IMG/VR virus record: IMGVR_UViG_3300008255_000111
Coordinates: 32,001 to 96,000 of that record
Strand: one strand, 5' to 3'
Length of the DNA stretch: 64,000 nt
Source of the DNA: a virus
Position numbers and translations under genes: made by a program. The notes beneath the pieces were generated by a model, which did not search any database, was not told the DNA's origin, and saw only the letters and a program-made list of their open reading frames with translations. This document shows positions 17,924 to 26,973 of the stretch, piece by piece (the stretch's first letter is position 1; each line of letters opens with the position of its first letter).

Positions 17924-18229
17924 CTAGGCGCACTCGCGGTCCTCGACATCCTCGCGAGAGAAGCCCGCTTGGCCGTCCACGAAAGTGAACACCGTTGTTT
18001 CGCCCGAGCTGAAGTTGTTATAGCCAAGCGACACTTGGCCCTCGCCATCACGACGCGTCACTGTTGACTCGGGCTCGTCGCACCATTCCCAAGCTGCGGT
18101 TTCTTGGGACTCAAGATCGCCGCGCCCTCCATAGTAGCGGCAGGGCTGCCAAGTGAACGCGGGGAGGTGGAGGAGGAGTGAAACAAGCTCAAGCGTCGTC
18201 ATCTTCGTGTACTGCATCATCGTCTCCAT
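17924..18229 (-). CDS. hypothetical protein
   Basis: 101 aa ORF. Confidence 0.65.
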   Translation of the reverse strand: METMMQYTKMTTLELVSLLLHLPAFTWQPCRYYGGRGDLESQETAAWEWCDEPESTVTRRDGEGQVSLGYNNFSSGETTVFTFVDGQAGFSREDVEDRECA

Positions 18230-18263
18230 TTAGGGCGGCGTGTTGGCCGCCGTTGATGTTTAG

Positions 18264-18291
18264 ACTTTGGATCGACTACCAAGTAGGTCAA
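18264..18291 (-). promoter_or_regulatory. promoter family, TTGACC-N16-CAAAGT
   Basis: GTAGT in spacer. Confidence 0.6.
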
Positions 18292-18322
18292 CCCTAAAAA
18301 CGACGCTGAGCGTATTTTTTCC

Positions 18323-18673
18323 CTAAACCTGTTCCAACAGCATCAAGAGCGAGTCAATGACTGTCTTGACGTGTTGGCGGGCCGCTTTCTGAGCGTGCCT
18401 TAGCGCGTCGTGGACACTTTCTTCGTCGCTTGTTATCTCGTAAGAGGTCGTCAGCGTCCTGCCAACAAAGTCCACTAAGACGCCATAGCACTTGAGATTC
18501 CTCGACGCGGGCCAGACACGGATCGAGAGCATCGCGAAGGGCACCACCTTGTTAAAGTGGTAGGCTGCCCTCATCACGTCGTCATCCCAATGCTGCTCAG
18601 TCACCTGCCAGTCACTCAGGTCTTCTGGTAGCGCTCTCTTGGCGTCGTCCGCCACACTCTTTAGCTCAGGCAT
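18323..18673 (-). CDS. hypothetical protein
   Basis: Coupled ORF. Confidence 0.7.
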   Translation of the reverse strand: MPELKSVADDAKRALPEDLSDWQVTEQHWDDDVMRAAYHFNKVVPFAMLSIRVWPASRNLKCYGVLVDFVGRTLTTSYEITSDEESVHDALRHAQKAARQHVKTVIDSLLMLLEQV

Positions 18674-19091
18674 CTTTACTTCTCCAGTTGAAGCTGTATC
18701 GCCAGAAGCGGCGACTTTTGTGAGGATGATTGCTCACAACAAAGCGGCGCCAGCCGTCTTTGTCGATGGGCACCGTTACCATATCCACAAAGAAGCCATC
18801 ATCATAGTTTTGAAGCGCGATGCTATCCACATAGCCGCGCTCGGCCCTAAGCCAAGCCCAAGCGAAAGAGGATGCGTCGGCATAGGGACATCCTTGTTTG
18901 GTGGCCGCTTTGATGATCGTGACCAGACCCTCAAACCGGGGGAAGGCCCGGTAAACCCTGTGCGGGACAGGCAGGTAAGAGCGCTTGTACCAGTGCAGGA
19001 GCGCCCCGCCCATGTCGCAGTCTTCTATCGCCCTGTCCCAGCCCGCGTCGTATTCAAGATCCCATTTCTGCTGCTGCGTCAGCTCATCCAT
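18666..19091 (-). CDS. hypothetical protein
   Basis: Coupled ORF (TGATG overlap). Confidence 0.7.
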   Translation of the reverse strand: MDELTQQQKWDLEYDAGWDRAIEDCDMGGALLHWYKRSYLPVPHRVYRAFPRFEGLVTIIKAATKQGCPYADASSFAWAWLRAERGYVDSIALQNYDDGFFVDMVTVPIDKDGWRRFVVSNHPHKSRRFWRYSFNWRSKDA

Positions 19092-19321
19092 CAGATCCCC
19101 CCTTTTTCAAACCATTCTATTAGAAACGCTTCGCGCTCGATCCACATAGCTAAGTGGTAATCGTGAGCGCTTACCATCTCTCCAGTAGGACCAAACGGCA
19201 CCTCAAGACCCAACTCACGCCCGCGCAATACAAAATCGCGAGAAAGATTGCGCGACCAAATCATGAGATCGATCAACTCATCAACGGATATTTGCTTTTG
19301 CTCGGTCACACCACACCTCAA
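19091..19321 (-). CDS. hypothetical protein
   Basis: Coupled ORF. Confidence 0.6.
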   Translation of the reverse strand: MRCGVTEQKQISVDELIDLMIWSRNLSRDFVLRGRELGLEVPFGPTGEMVSAHDYHLAMWIEREAFLIEWFEKGGI

Positions 19322-19698
19322 AGCGGCAGTTTGACTGATAGGTGCTTGACCTCGGAGTTGAACGAGATCACCGAGCTGAACTGGTCGATCGGTCGCTCAA
19401 AGGCGCAGGTCAAAGAATCCCTCACAAGGCGCGCCATTTTGTCTGTGTGGGGCGCGGGCATCGCAAGGATACCATCGTCGAAGAACATCGCCTCAACGCA
19501 ATCTGAGAGCATCTGGAGGCGATTCTGAGCTTGGTCAGGGGTGAGCCCGATCAGCTCAAGCTCTCCACGCATCTTGTAGTCGCCCGTGTCCGCCTGATAT
19601 TCAATGCGGCGCCACAGCGCTCGAAGGTTGAAGCGCACCCCTGCACCATGCTCACTAGGCATCTCGAACTGATACAACTTACCCACGTCACACCTCAT
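19318..19698 (-). CDS. hypothetical protein
   Basis: Coupled ORF. Confidence 0.65.
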   Translation of the reverse strand: MRCDVGKLYQFEMPSEHGAGVRFNLRALWRRIEYQADTGDYKMRGELELIGLTPDQAQNRLQMLSDCVEAMFFDDGILAMPAPHTDKMARLVRDSLTCAFERPIDQFSSVISFNSEVKHLSVKLPL

Positions 19699-20209
19699 CG
19701 TTAAAGGTCATCTTGTCGATCTCTCTCATGCGCCTGTACTCCTCAAGCGCTTTCTTTCGGGCTGAGTAAGACACTCGGTCAAAGATCAGAATCCCCTGAA
19801 GGTGGTCGAACTCGTGCTGAGCGATGACCGCCTCAACGCCAGAAAGCCTGTGCTTGATCGGCTCCCCCTCGGGGGTAAACCCCTCCAAGGTGATCGACTT
19901 GTGGCGCCGGATGCTCAGCTCAACGCCAGGGATGCTCAGGCACCCCTCGGTCCCAACCCGCACACCATAGCGCGAGGTGATCGATGGATTGACCACCATC
20001 AACTCGCCGCCGCTGCCAGTGATGATGCGCATGACGAACATCGCCACGTTATGCCCCACCTGCGGAGCAGCGAGGCCCAGGCCGCCATTGTTGTGCATCA
20101 GCCCAACCATCTCAGAAGCGATCTGAGGCAGATCCAGCTCACCCGAGAAGTTCGCCTTGGCCACCTTGGTCTTCAAGATGTCGTTCGGGAACATGACAAG
20201 ATCCATCAC
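19688..20209 (-). CDS. def: peptide deformylase
   Basis: All three PDF motifs present: GLGLAAPQVG, EGCLS, QHEFDHLQG. Confidence 0.95.
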   Translation of the reverse strand: MMDLVMFPNDILKTKVAKANFSGELDLPQIASEMVGLMHNNGGLGLAAPQVGHNVAMFVMRIITGSGGELMVVNPSITSRYGVRVGTEGCLSIPGVELSIRRHKSITLEGFTPEGEPIKHRLSGVEAVIAQHEFDHLQGILIFDRVSYSARKKALEEYRRMREIDKMTFNDEV

Positions 20210-21059
20210 TTTCTCCTAAGCGCAAGAGATCAGCGCGCAAGCCATAGTAGCGCAGCTTGATCAGTTCATTGGTTTGACAGGGCAGTGACCAGCACAGCCA
20301 TGACTTAGACTTCCACGCCAACGACAAGAAGTCCAATGTCCCGCTCTTTTTTATTTTGCCATCCCAGAGCGCGACAAACGCGTCCACATGCTTGATCATC
20401 GCCCTATTTCGGACTGGTCCGGCTGACAGGTCAAGGTTGCCTTCCTCGTCTCTCCACTTGGCAGGGTGATCGATGGTGAGGATGCCCATCAGCTCGCCCC
20501 AGCGCTTTCCAAGAAGATCGGTCCCCTCGCAGGCCCCGTGGTGGAGGGTGCGCCAAAACCAAGGCGCCTCGCTCAGCGCACCATGCACCTCCTTATAGTC
20601 GGTCAGCGACCTTGAGCCGCTGATCGCTCCGTTCAATGGTGCGTGCCCATAAAGGCGACGCTCCACGAGCTGCGCGATGAGAAGGTTGAGCCACATCTTT
20701 GCTTGGACAGGCCCCGCCTCACTTGCCACAGACGCAAGCTCAGCGAGTACATGGCCATGACACGCCTTGGGCTCGCAGAAGCAGCCCAAGCGCTTATCAG
20801 CCAGCTCACCAACTTCTTGCCAGAGCTTCTCGCGCTGAAGGTGCCCCATGTAGAGCAAGATGCACAGCTCGCGATCCCCATCGCAGTCCTCAAGCCTGAA
20901 GGGGTTGGCCCATTTGTTAGGAGGCTCACCAGCTCGCGAGCGCCCTATGTACTGATCAAAGGGTTGCTTATGGTGAAGGTTCACAACAAAAGCGTGGGCA
21001 GCTTCCAACTGCCCACGCTTAAGCCCGTGATGACTCAGAAGATCATCCAGAAGGCTCAT
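20139..21059 (-). CDS. DUF4326 domain fused to a YspA/SLOG-like domain
   Basis: YIGR..KWANPF..LGCFCEPKACHGHVL, then ISGSR..HGACEGTD..AGPVRNRAM..WDG..SGT. Confidence 0.8.
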   Translation of the reverse strand: MSLLDDLLSHHGLKRGQLEAAHAFVVNLHHKQPFDQYIGRSRAGEPPNKWANPFRLEDCDGDRELCILLYMGHLQREKLWQEVGELADKRLGCFCEPKACHGHVLAELASVASEAGPVQAKMWLNLLIAQLVERRLYGHAPLNGAISGSRSLTDYKEVHGALSEAPWFWRTLHHGACEGTDLLGKRWGELMGILTIDHPAKWRDEEGNLDLSAGPVRNRAMIKHVDAFVALWDGKIKKSGTLDFLSLAWKSKSWLCWSLPCQTNELIKLRYYGLRADLLRLGESDGSCHVPERHLEDQGGQGELLG

Positions 21060-21070
21060 GCCAAGTCACC

Positions 21071-21832
21071 TCAGTTCGCTTCAGGGCTGTCAAGGGCCGG
21101 AGAGAGAACACCACAGCCATCATGGATCTCAAAAGGCTCCCAAGCGTAGCCGTCCTCGTCTTCGGTGTCGCTCGGCTGGTAGCGATAGCGCGCCACACAC
21201 TTCACGAGGTAGGGGATCATGTCATCGTCATGCCATTCCGTCTCGCCATAGTACAGGTACTTGGAGGGCGCGGCGAAGCGATGCAGACGCCAGGGGATCT
21301 TGACCGTCTCAAAGACATGAAGATCGACAGGCTCGACATCGTGCTCGAAGTCGTAAAGATACTGCTCAAAATCCCGCACCGCTTCCCTGATCGTCGTGCC
21401 ACGAGCGCAATCATCGAGGTCTTCAACACCAAGGTTTGCGACGAGCGGCCCAGGCTCGACCTTTACCCTATCCAAGATGTCATCGACCAAGGGGTTTCCG
21501 GCCAAAGCAGTCAGCGCCTTACCAAGCCCTGTCGAGAGCAGGTCTTGTTGCTTGAGGTGCCTGTGCATGAGCAGCAGCATGTCATTAAAGACGCTGAAGA
21601 CATCCTCATCGACGCCGTTACTGCCCCCTTTAAGCGGCTCGCTGTGCTGCACAAGCAAAGAGCCGTGCTTGTCCACAAAGTCATAGGTGAAGCGGCATCC
21701 ACCTCGAAGGAGCTGCCACTGAAGGAACAGGCCACGACCTTCCATCGAGAAGTCGTCCAGCTCGTTCGCAGGGGTAGTGACGGGCGCCCCAATGAGCGCG
21801 GCGAAGTTTCTCACAAGTTCAGCACTAGACAT
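21071..21832 (-). CDS. hypothetical protein with a possible HicB-like segment
   Basis: Start moved to 21832 (AGGAG SD); DDCARGTTIREAV segment. Confidence 0.7.
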   Translation of the reverse strand: MSSAELVRNFAALIGAPVTTPANELDDFSMEGRGLFLQWQLLRGGCRFTYDFVDKHGSLLVQHSEPLKGGSNGVDEDVFSVFNDMLLLMHRHLKQQDLLSTGLGKALTALAGNPLVDDILDRVKVEPGPLVANLGVEDLDDCARGTTIREAVRDFEQYLYDFEHDVEPVDLHVFETVKIPWRLHRFAAPSKYLYYGETEWHDDDMIPYLVKCVARYRYQPSDTEDEDGYAWEPFEIHDGCGVLSPALDSPEAN

Positions 21833-21846
21833 CGGGTGTTCTCCTG

Positions 21847-21862
21847 CTGCAATCGATTGCAG
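21847..21862. repeat. CTGCAATCGATTGCAG palindrome
   Basis: Perfect core directly next to the SD of 21832. Confidence 0.95.
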
Positions 21863-21884
21863 TTGGGTTGGGGAGGTCGATCCA

Positions 21885-22481
21885 TCACTCGGCAACAACC
21901 TCGGGCTCGATCATCAAGTGAGCCATGCGGCTCATGTAGTAGGACACTTTGTCTTCGTCGGTCTTCTCGTGGCGGCGCTGGAGCTGGCGCTGAAACTCCA
22001 GACCGTCTTCGCTCCTGACTTGAAACCACCTGATGTCAGCCAAGCCAGCGAAGATGAACACGTCGTCATCCTGCGAGAGCAGCCGAGCATTTTCAGCGGC
22101 CAAATCCTCAGCGGTGGGGGCGTCGTAGAACAGGTGAACCAGATCGCCCTGGACGCCGATAGCGGCCCCAGAACAGTACCCATGCACAGCGACCTGCTCG
22201 AAGTATTGAGCGAGGCCGAGCTTGATCTCATCACGCGTCTTGTCCATGCAGACCATGATCTCAAGGCGTCGGCCCTCGTCAGCATTGACCAGCTCGCGAC
22301 TAAGCTGCTCGACGCCCATCAGGCACTCAAGCGCGCTCAATCCACGATCCACCTCGACTATGACCACAACGGGCTCGGGCTGGACGATCTCATCGTCGGC
22401 TCCCTCGGCATAGGGGGCAGGGTTAAAACAAGCGCTCAGCAGCGCAGCAGCTAGAACGGTGAGCATCTTGACGGTCTTCAT
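21885..22481 (-). CDS. predicted lipoprotein
   Basis: MKTVKMLTVLAAALLSAC signal peptide and lipobox. Confidence 0.8.
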   Translation of the reverse strand: MKTVKMLTVLAAALLSACFNPAPYAEGADDEIVQPEPVVVIVEVDRGLSALECLMGVEQLSRELVNADEGRRLEIMVCMDKTRDEIKLGLAQYFEQVAVHGYCSGAAIGVQGDLVHLFYDAPTAEDLAAENARLLSQDDDVFIFAGLADIRWFQVRSEDGLEFQRQLQRRHEKTDEDKVSYYMSRMAHLMIEPEVVAE

Positions 22482-22606
22482 GGCGTTTTCTCCAGGTCCA
22501 AGTTGTTGATTTTCAATGACGTTTACGATTGCCGCCTTGCAATCGTTCGATACAATCAACCTAACGGATAGACCAAAGAAAGAAAGCCTCATCGACTTAT
22601 TAACTA

Positions 22607-22623
22607 ACGCTGATGGTGCTTTT
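22607..22623 (-). promoter_or_regulatory. 17-bp motif AAAAGCACCATCAGCGT, copy 3 of 3
   Basis: Identical to the other two copies; intergenic. Confidence 0.7.
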
Positions 22624-22634
22624 TCCACACCGAG

Positions 22635-23459
22635 CTAAAACAGCGACACTTGCCCGCGCTCATCTATCTGGTAAGACACTGGAGGCTTGTCATAGGCGCT
22701 TGGCGGTGCGGGGGCGGCTCCCCAAGGCACATAGAGCATGAAGTTGGCCTTAGCACAGACCAGCACAGTGTGATCAATGTCCTGGCCGGTCAGGTGTAGA
22801 GCATGGTTGCCCGCCACCATAAGCGTTCGCCCTGTGCCGACGCACGGGTCGCAGACCTTGACATGCACGCCAACGTCGAACATGCCCATTTTAGCCATGC
22901 ACTTCACGACCTCCATCGGAGTCGGAAAAAACGCCGTGGACGACTTGCCGTGGCCGCTCTCACTCAAGAGCGCTCCAAAGTAGTCGTAGGGCGCTCCGAT
23001 CATGAGGTCCAGGCAGAACGTCTGATATAGCTCCTCGTGAAGCCCCTGCGTGACATCAGCGGGCGGATGAGGCGTTCTGGAGTCAAGGCTCCAACTGATC
23101 CACTCGGCCAAGATGGGGACGGTTCGCGAGGCGCTGTAACCATACCTACTGCCGATTGCATCGAGACAACTCCTCAGCATCCCAATCGTCACATCGCAGG
23201 GCGACGACAAGAAGTCAATCTGCGGGATCTCTTTGATGCTGGCGACCGTGTTATCACCAAGGTGCATGAGCCACCACATCCATCGACCCCATAGAACGTC
23301 GTCGAGCTGGAGCAAGAACTCAAAAGCCCAACCTGCACCATTCTCGATGCGCGGCGCGCTCGGGCATGGCAGGACCACCTTGTTAGGCTTCCACGACCGT
23401 CTGAACATCTCAAAGGATGCTTTCATGATGACACCTGCTTCAAAAATGGCGTCCTGCAT
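22635..23459 (-). CDS. N-6 DNA methylase-like protein lacking motif IV
   Basis: FFPTP..VV, DPCVGTGRTL, GQDID; no NPP(Y/F). Confidence 0.75.
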   Translation of the reverse strand: MQDAIFEAGVIMKASFEMFRRSWKPNKVVLPCPSAPRIENGAGWAFEFLLQLDDVLWGRWMWWLMHLGDNTVASIKEIPQIDFLSSPCDVTIGMLRSCLDAIGSRYGYSASRTVPILAEWISWSLDSRTPHPPADVTQGLHEELYQTFCLDLMIGAPYDYFGALLSESGHGKSSTAFFPTPMEVVKCMAKMGMFDVGVHVKVCDPCVGTGRTLMVAGNHALHLTGQDIDHTVLVCAKANFMLYVPWGAAPAPPSAYDKPPVSYQIDERGQVSLF

Positions 23460-23483
23460 CGTCGATACAGGACGCCATTGAGA

Positions 23484-23936
23484 CTAAACGCGGTTGGAAG
23501 CGTAGGGCAGCGGCGGCATGATTGTTGCTGTGCGCCTCCAGCGAGGCAGCGGCCCGCCTCCACGAGCTTGACCTTGCGGCAGCAGCTCAGGTCGGGTGAA
23601 GCGCCGGACGATCTCATCGTCAAAGCTGCGCGCGAGCATGAGGTGATGCTTTTCGCTCATGGGCTGACCATCGACCACGACGCGATAACCAAGGTGGTAA
23701 GCCTTCATGATCTCGGCATCGGTGTAGTCGAAGTGCGCCATGATGGCGACAAGATCGAAGGGCTCAACGCCCACAACACGGCCACTAAGCGCTCCCCCAG
23801 CGGTGAAGTAGTCGTAGAGCGCCACGGTGAGCGCATCCCGAACACTGACGTAGAGTCCATCAAGATAAGTCGAAGCCATCAGATTCTCCCTTGAGAAAGG
23901 ACCGAAGGTAAAAGCAAGGCGACCTGCCCACACCAT
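23484..23936 (-). CDS. hypothetical protein (start probably ~23879)
   Basis: ORF in the run. Confidence 0.6.
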   Translation of the reverse strand: MVWAGRLAFTFGPFSRENLMASTYLDGLYVSVRDALTVALYDYFTAGGALSGRVVGVEPFDLVAIMAHFDYTDAEIMKAYHLGYRVVVDGQPMSEKHHLMLARSFDDEIVRRFTRPELLPQGQARGGGPLPRWRRTATIMPPLPYASNRV

Positions 23937-24606
23937 CCTCGGGTCGTTTACGGTCTTTGATCAGGAAGTCGCGCTCCTCGGGAGTGAGCGATGCCACCCA
24001 AGAGAAGCCACGACTTGTCATCCAGACATCGGCTCGGATCAACACTGGACCAACATCAGGATCAACGTAGAGCACACCGCTTAATCGGGCGCCATGATGC
24101 AGCATGACAAACCCTTTGGGCTGGACATGCAGGAGCTTTTCACTAAAGGCCCGCGTCGGGTCCGCCCCTGGAAGGCTTCCAGATAGCACAGTGCGCGCCT
24201 TGTGAAGCGGCGCGCTGTGAAAGCCACCTGTGGCGCCTCGTTGAATGAGGTAGATCCCCTCACGCGGGGCGCCAAAAGACTTGCGAAGGACAAAGTATAC
24301 CTTCTTGCCAACGCGAAAGTCCTTCAAATCAGCCTGCTTGACTCGCTGCTTCTTATTAACTACTGGCGGCACGCGCTCATCGAGCTTGATCAAGTGCTGG
24401 CCGCCGACCTTGAGACAAAGCCCAAGGCTCGTCGTATCCTCTAACTGAGCACCTGCTCGCAGCTCCCATTGAGAGCCTGCGGCAACTGCCTCGTAAATCT
24501 TCATATCACCACTCAATTCGGGGCTCCTCAAGGGAGTACCCGAAGAACTCGTAGGGGTCGTCCAGCATGAGCGCGTCCTCATCGTCCATGTGCTCATCCA
24601 TGACAC
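23860..24606 (-). CDS. hypothetical protein (start probably ~24504)
   Basis: ORF in the run. Confidence 0.65.
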   Translation of the reverse strand: MSWMSTWTMRTRSCWTTPTSSSGTPLRSPELSGDMKIYEAVAAGSQWELRAGAQLEDTTSLGLCLKVGGQHLIKLDERVPPVVNKKQRVKQADLKDFRVGKKVYFVLRKSFGAPREGIYLIQRGATGGFHSAPLHKARTVLSGSLPGADPTRAFSEKLLHVQPKGFVMLHHGARLSGVLYVDPDVGPVLIRADVWMTSRGFSWVASLTPEERDFLIKDRKRPEDGVGRSPCFYLRSFLKGESDGFDLS

Positions 24607-24733
24607 AAGAGTGACAGGTGAGGCCGAGCTTGCCCTTATAAGCGCGCGTCAAGCGCTTCATCGGAAAGCCGCAAGAGGCGCAGATCGTCTCCTTCCTCAA
24701 CTTCACCGTCTTAAGCTCGTGCTGCTCAGTCAT
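24506..24733 (-). CDS. small Zn-finger-like protein
   Basis: CASC..CHSC and acidic tail. Confidence 0.65.
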   Translation of the reverse strand: MTEQHELKTVKLRKETICASCGFPMKRLTRAYKGKLGLTCHSCVMDEHMDDEDALMLDDPYEFFGYSLEEPRIEW

Positions 24734-24805
24734 TTTCTACTCCTTCGCTGCCGCCTTTATTTGGCGGGTGTCGTTTGAGTCGCTTCGATGTGAAGCGATA
24801 AGATG

Positions 24806-24833
24806 ACTTTGAGCGACACTAGCCTTGTGGCAA
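24806..24833 (-). promoter_or_regulatory. promoter family, TTGCCA-N16-CAAAGT
   Basis: CTAGT in spacer; upstream ATCAAAAAAACGACA. Confidence 0.7.
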
Positions 24834-24856
24834 GGGGAAAATGTCGTTTTTTTGAT

Positions 24857-25288
24857 TTAAAGGACTGTCACGTCAAAGCCCGAGTACCTGACGGCCCGAG
24901 CCTCGTCATGACAGATCACTGTCTCAATGCAAGAGACGCCTTGAGCGCTCTCTCTTACGTCGTCGAGCGCTCGCTTGATGGATGAAGTGTTCAGCTCACC
25001 TAGCAGTCTCGTAGCGGCGCTGAGCGCGCGTTCACGACTGATCTCACGGCCTTCCACCTGACTCTCAAAGAGCGTGGTCAGCGCTGTGATCATCAGCAGA
25101 CCCAAGCTAAAGCTCCCGGCCAACTTAATCACTGCGTTAATGAGCTGCGCGATCTGATCGCTCGGGATCTGGTAGGTGTTCCATCGATCTTCATGGTCAA
25201 CGGAGGGCATGACAAGAAAGAGCGCGTCATCGTCCATGTAAAGGAACGGCCTGCGCTCCAATTCAGGCGTGGTCATCTCAGACAACAT
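24857..25288 (-). CDS. hypothetical protein
   Basis: 143 aa ORF. Confidence 0.7.
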   Translation of the reverse strand: MLSEMTTPELERRPFLYMDDDALFLVMPSVDHEDRWNTYQIPSDQIAQLINAVIKLAGSFSLGLLMITALTTLFESQVEGREISRERALSAATRLLGELNTSSIKRALDDVRESAQGVSCIETVICHDEARAVRYSGFDVTVL

Positions 25289-25306
25289 ATAAGCACCTTC
25301 AGCGGA

Positions 25307-25822
25307 TTATGTGCGTGACAGCATTACCCTATCCCAAAGCTCACTGCGTGAACAAGCAAACAGAAGCGGCCTAAGATGCTCTCCAGTAAGCTCTTTGTGA
25401 AAGTAGCGCAGATGTGCGCAGCGACGATCGCTGCTCTCAAGGAAGGCGAAGGTTGACTCACCATGCGATTCATGGAGGACGACCGATTCCTCAAAGAACT
25501 TGCCGTCTGATGACTTCGCAACGTTGATGCGCGCGGCCACAAACTTTGTGATGTCGAACGCGACACCCTCAAGAGGATACCTTGAGGCGAAGCTGGGGAA
25601 GTCGGCCCGGCTCTTGACAAGCTCTTGGCCTTTGCGCCAGCGCTCGCGGAAATCTTCGGCGTCGAACAGCAGCGCGTTGGGCTGGTCAACCAGCGCTGAC
25701 CCAAACACTGCGATCATCGTTTTGTCATAGGGCGGGTCAGTCAGCTCGATGACTTCAGGGTGGATCGTTCCCACCTCGCTTGAGGTGGTCGGCGGATTCA
25801 GAAAGAGCGTCGGGGTCTTCAT
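25307..25822 (-). CDS. hypothetical protein
   Basis: 171 aa ORF. Confidence 0.7.
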   Translation of the reverse strand: MKTPTLFLNPPTTSSEVGTIHPEVIELTDPPYDKTMIAVFGSALVDQPNALLFDAEDFRERWRKGQELVKSRADFPSFASRYPLEGVAFDITKFVAARINVAKSSDGKFFEESVVLHESHGESTFAFLESSDRRCAHLRYFHKELTGEHLRPLLFACSRSELWDRVMLSRT

Positions 25823-26078
25823 CGGGTTGAACCTTTACTATGGGTTGAATATAGACTCGATATTTAACGCGGGACGTGCCGGGCTCTGGGAACTCCCCAT
25901 GAACCCTAACAACGTGGAAAGGGCCGCGTCCTCCTAGACTTACGAAAGACCCCACGGGAGGCAAGAGGCCAAGACCTGCCGTGGTAAAAAAAATGCTGTG
26001 AACGATGGTGCTTGTCTTCGCGTCCACAAACTCAAGAACCAGATAGGCTCCCGCCTTTACCGTTTCTAACTCGTCCAC
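25755..26078 (-). CDS. hypothetical protein
   Basis: 107 aa; AAGGAG SD. Confidence 0.6.
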   Translation of the reverse strand: MDELETVKAGAYLVLEFVDAKTSTIVHSIFFTTAGLGLLPPVGSFVSLGGRGPFHVVRVHGEFPEPGTSRVKYRVYIQPIVKVQPDEDPDALSESADHLKRGGNDPP

Positions 26079-26195
26079 CCTTTACTCCTTTGGTTCATAG
26101 TCGCGCTAACAACTCAAACCATAGTGCAAGTGCGGCCAGAAAACAGCTCAGACAAGCATCGGGATGGTGGTTCGGGCAGGGGGAGGACTCAGCCT

Positions 26196-26927
26196 CTAGC
26201 GCGCCAGACCATGACGAACCAGCTTCGCTCGATAGGTGTTGAACATGCGCTCCTCATCAATCTGGGCGTCGCCGGGGATGGGGCGGTCGAACGACTGACC
26301 AAACTTGTCGATCAGCTTGAAGCGAGTCGCGCCAGCAGCTCGACACGTCTCCATCAGCTTCATGTCAAAGATGACATCTCCAAGGTCTTTGTTCTCGGGC
26401 TCCAAGTACAGGGCAAGCTCCATGTTCAACTCGTAGAAGATAGTCGTGCCATCAAGCCTGCCGCTGAGGCGCCCGTCTGTCCTCTCGCTCACCTTGTTCA
26501 ACTGGCGAGCTGCTTCAGCTCTAAAGACTTCTCTAAGGGAAGCCTTATCCACGTCGTTACAGGTCTTGATCACGCCGTATAGGCGCTTTTTATAGTCATC
26601 CTTGCTCGGCCACGAGTAGAGCTTGGCGTTGATCTTGTAGAGGTCGGCAGCGGCCCCCATTTCATCAGCCTCAAACCAACACGTTGCCGCTGTGGCATCG
26701 TTTCGGATCATAAGGTAAGCCTCGGCCTTGCGCAGCGTTGACTCAGTTTGAGCGTCTGGGCTCGGTTTGGGGTCGTAGAAGCTGATCAAGAGGACCGCCA
26801 AAGCGAGCGCTCCCAAGATGAGGGCGATCATCGCCGCACGTCTACTTTCAGCTCTGGCAAGACGCCTCTCAATGAAGGACAGACGGTCTACTGAGTCCTG
26901 AATCTCTCGATCTGAATCTGACATCAT
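26196..26927 (-). CDS. membrane-anchored hypothetical protein
   Basis: Single TM helix MIALILGALALAVLLISF. Confidence 0.75.
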   Translation of the reverse strand: MMSDSDREIQDSVDRLSFIERRLARAESRRAAMIALILGALALAVLLISFYDPKPSPDAQTESTLRKAEAYLMIRNDATAATCWFEADEMGAAADLYKINAKLYSWPSKDDYKKRLYGVIKTCNDVDKASLREVFRAEAARQLNKVSERTDGRLSGRLDGTTIFYELNMELALYLEPENKDLGDVIFDMKLMETCRAAGATRFKLIDKFGQSFDRPIPGDAQIDEERMFNTYRAKLVRHGLAR

Positions 26928-26973
26928 CGTTCATCTCCTCCGAGGGCATCATCGCCCCAGGCTCGGGTTGGGG

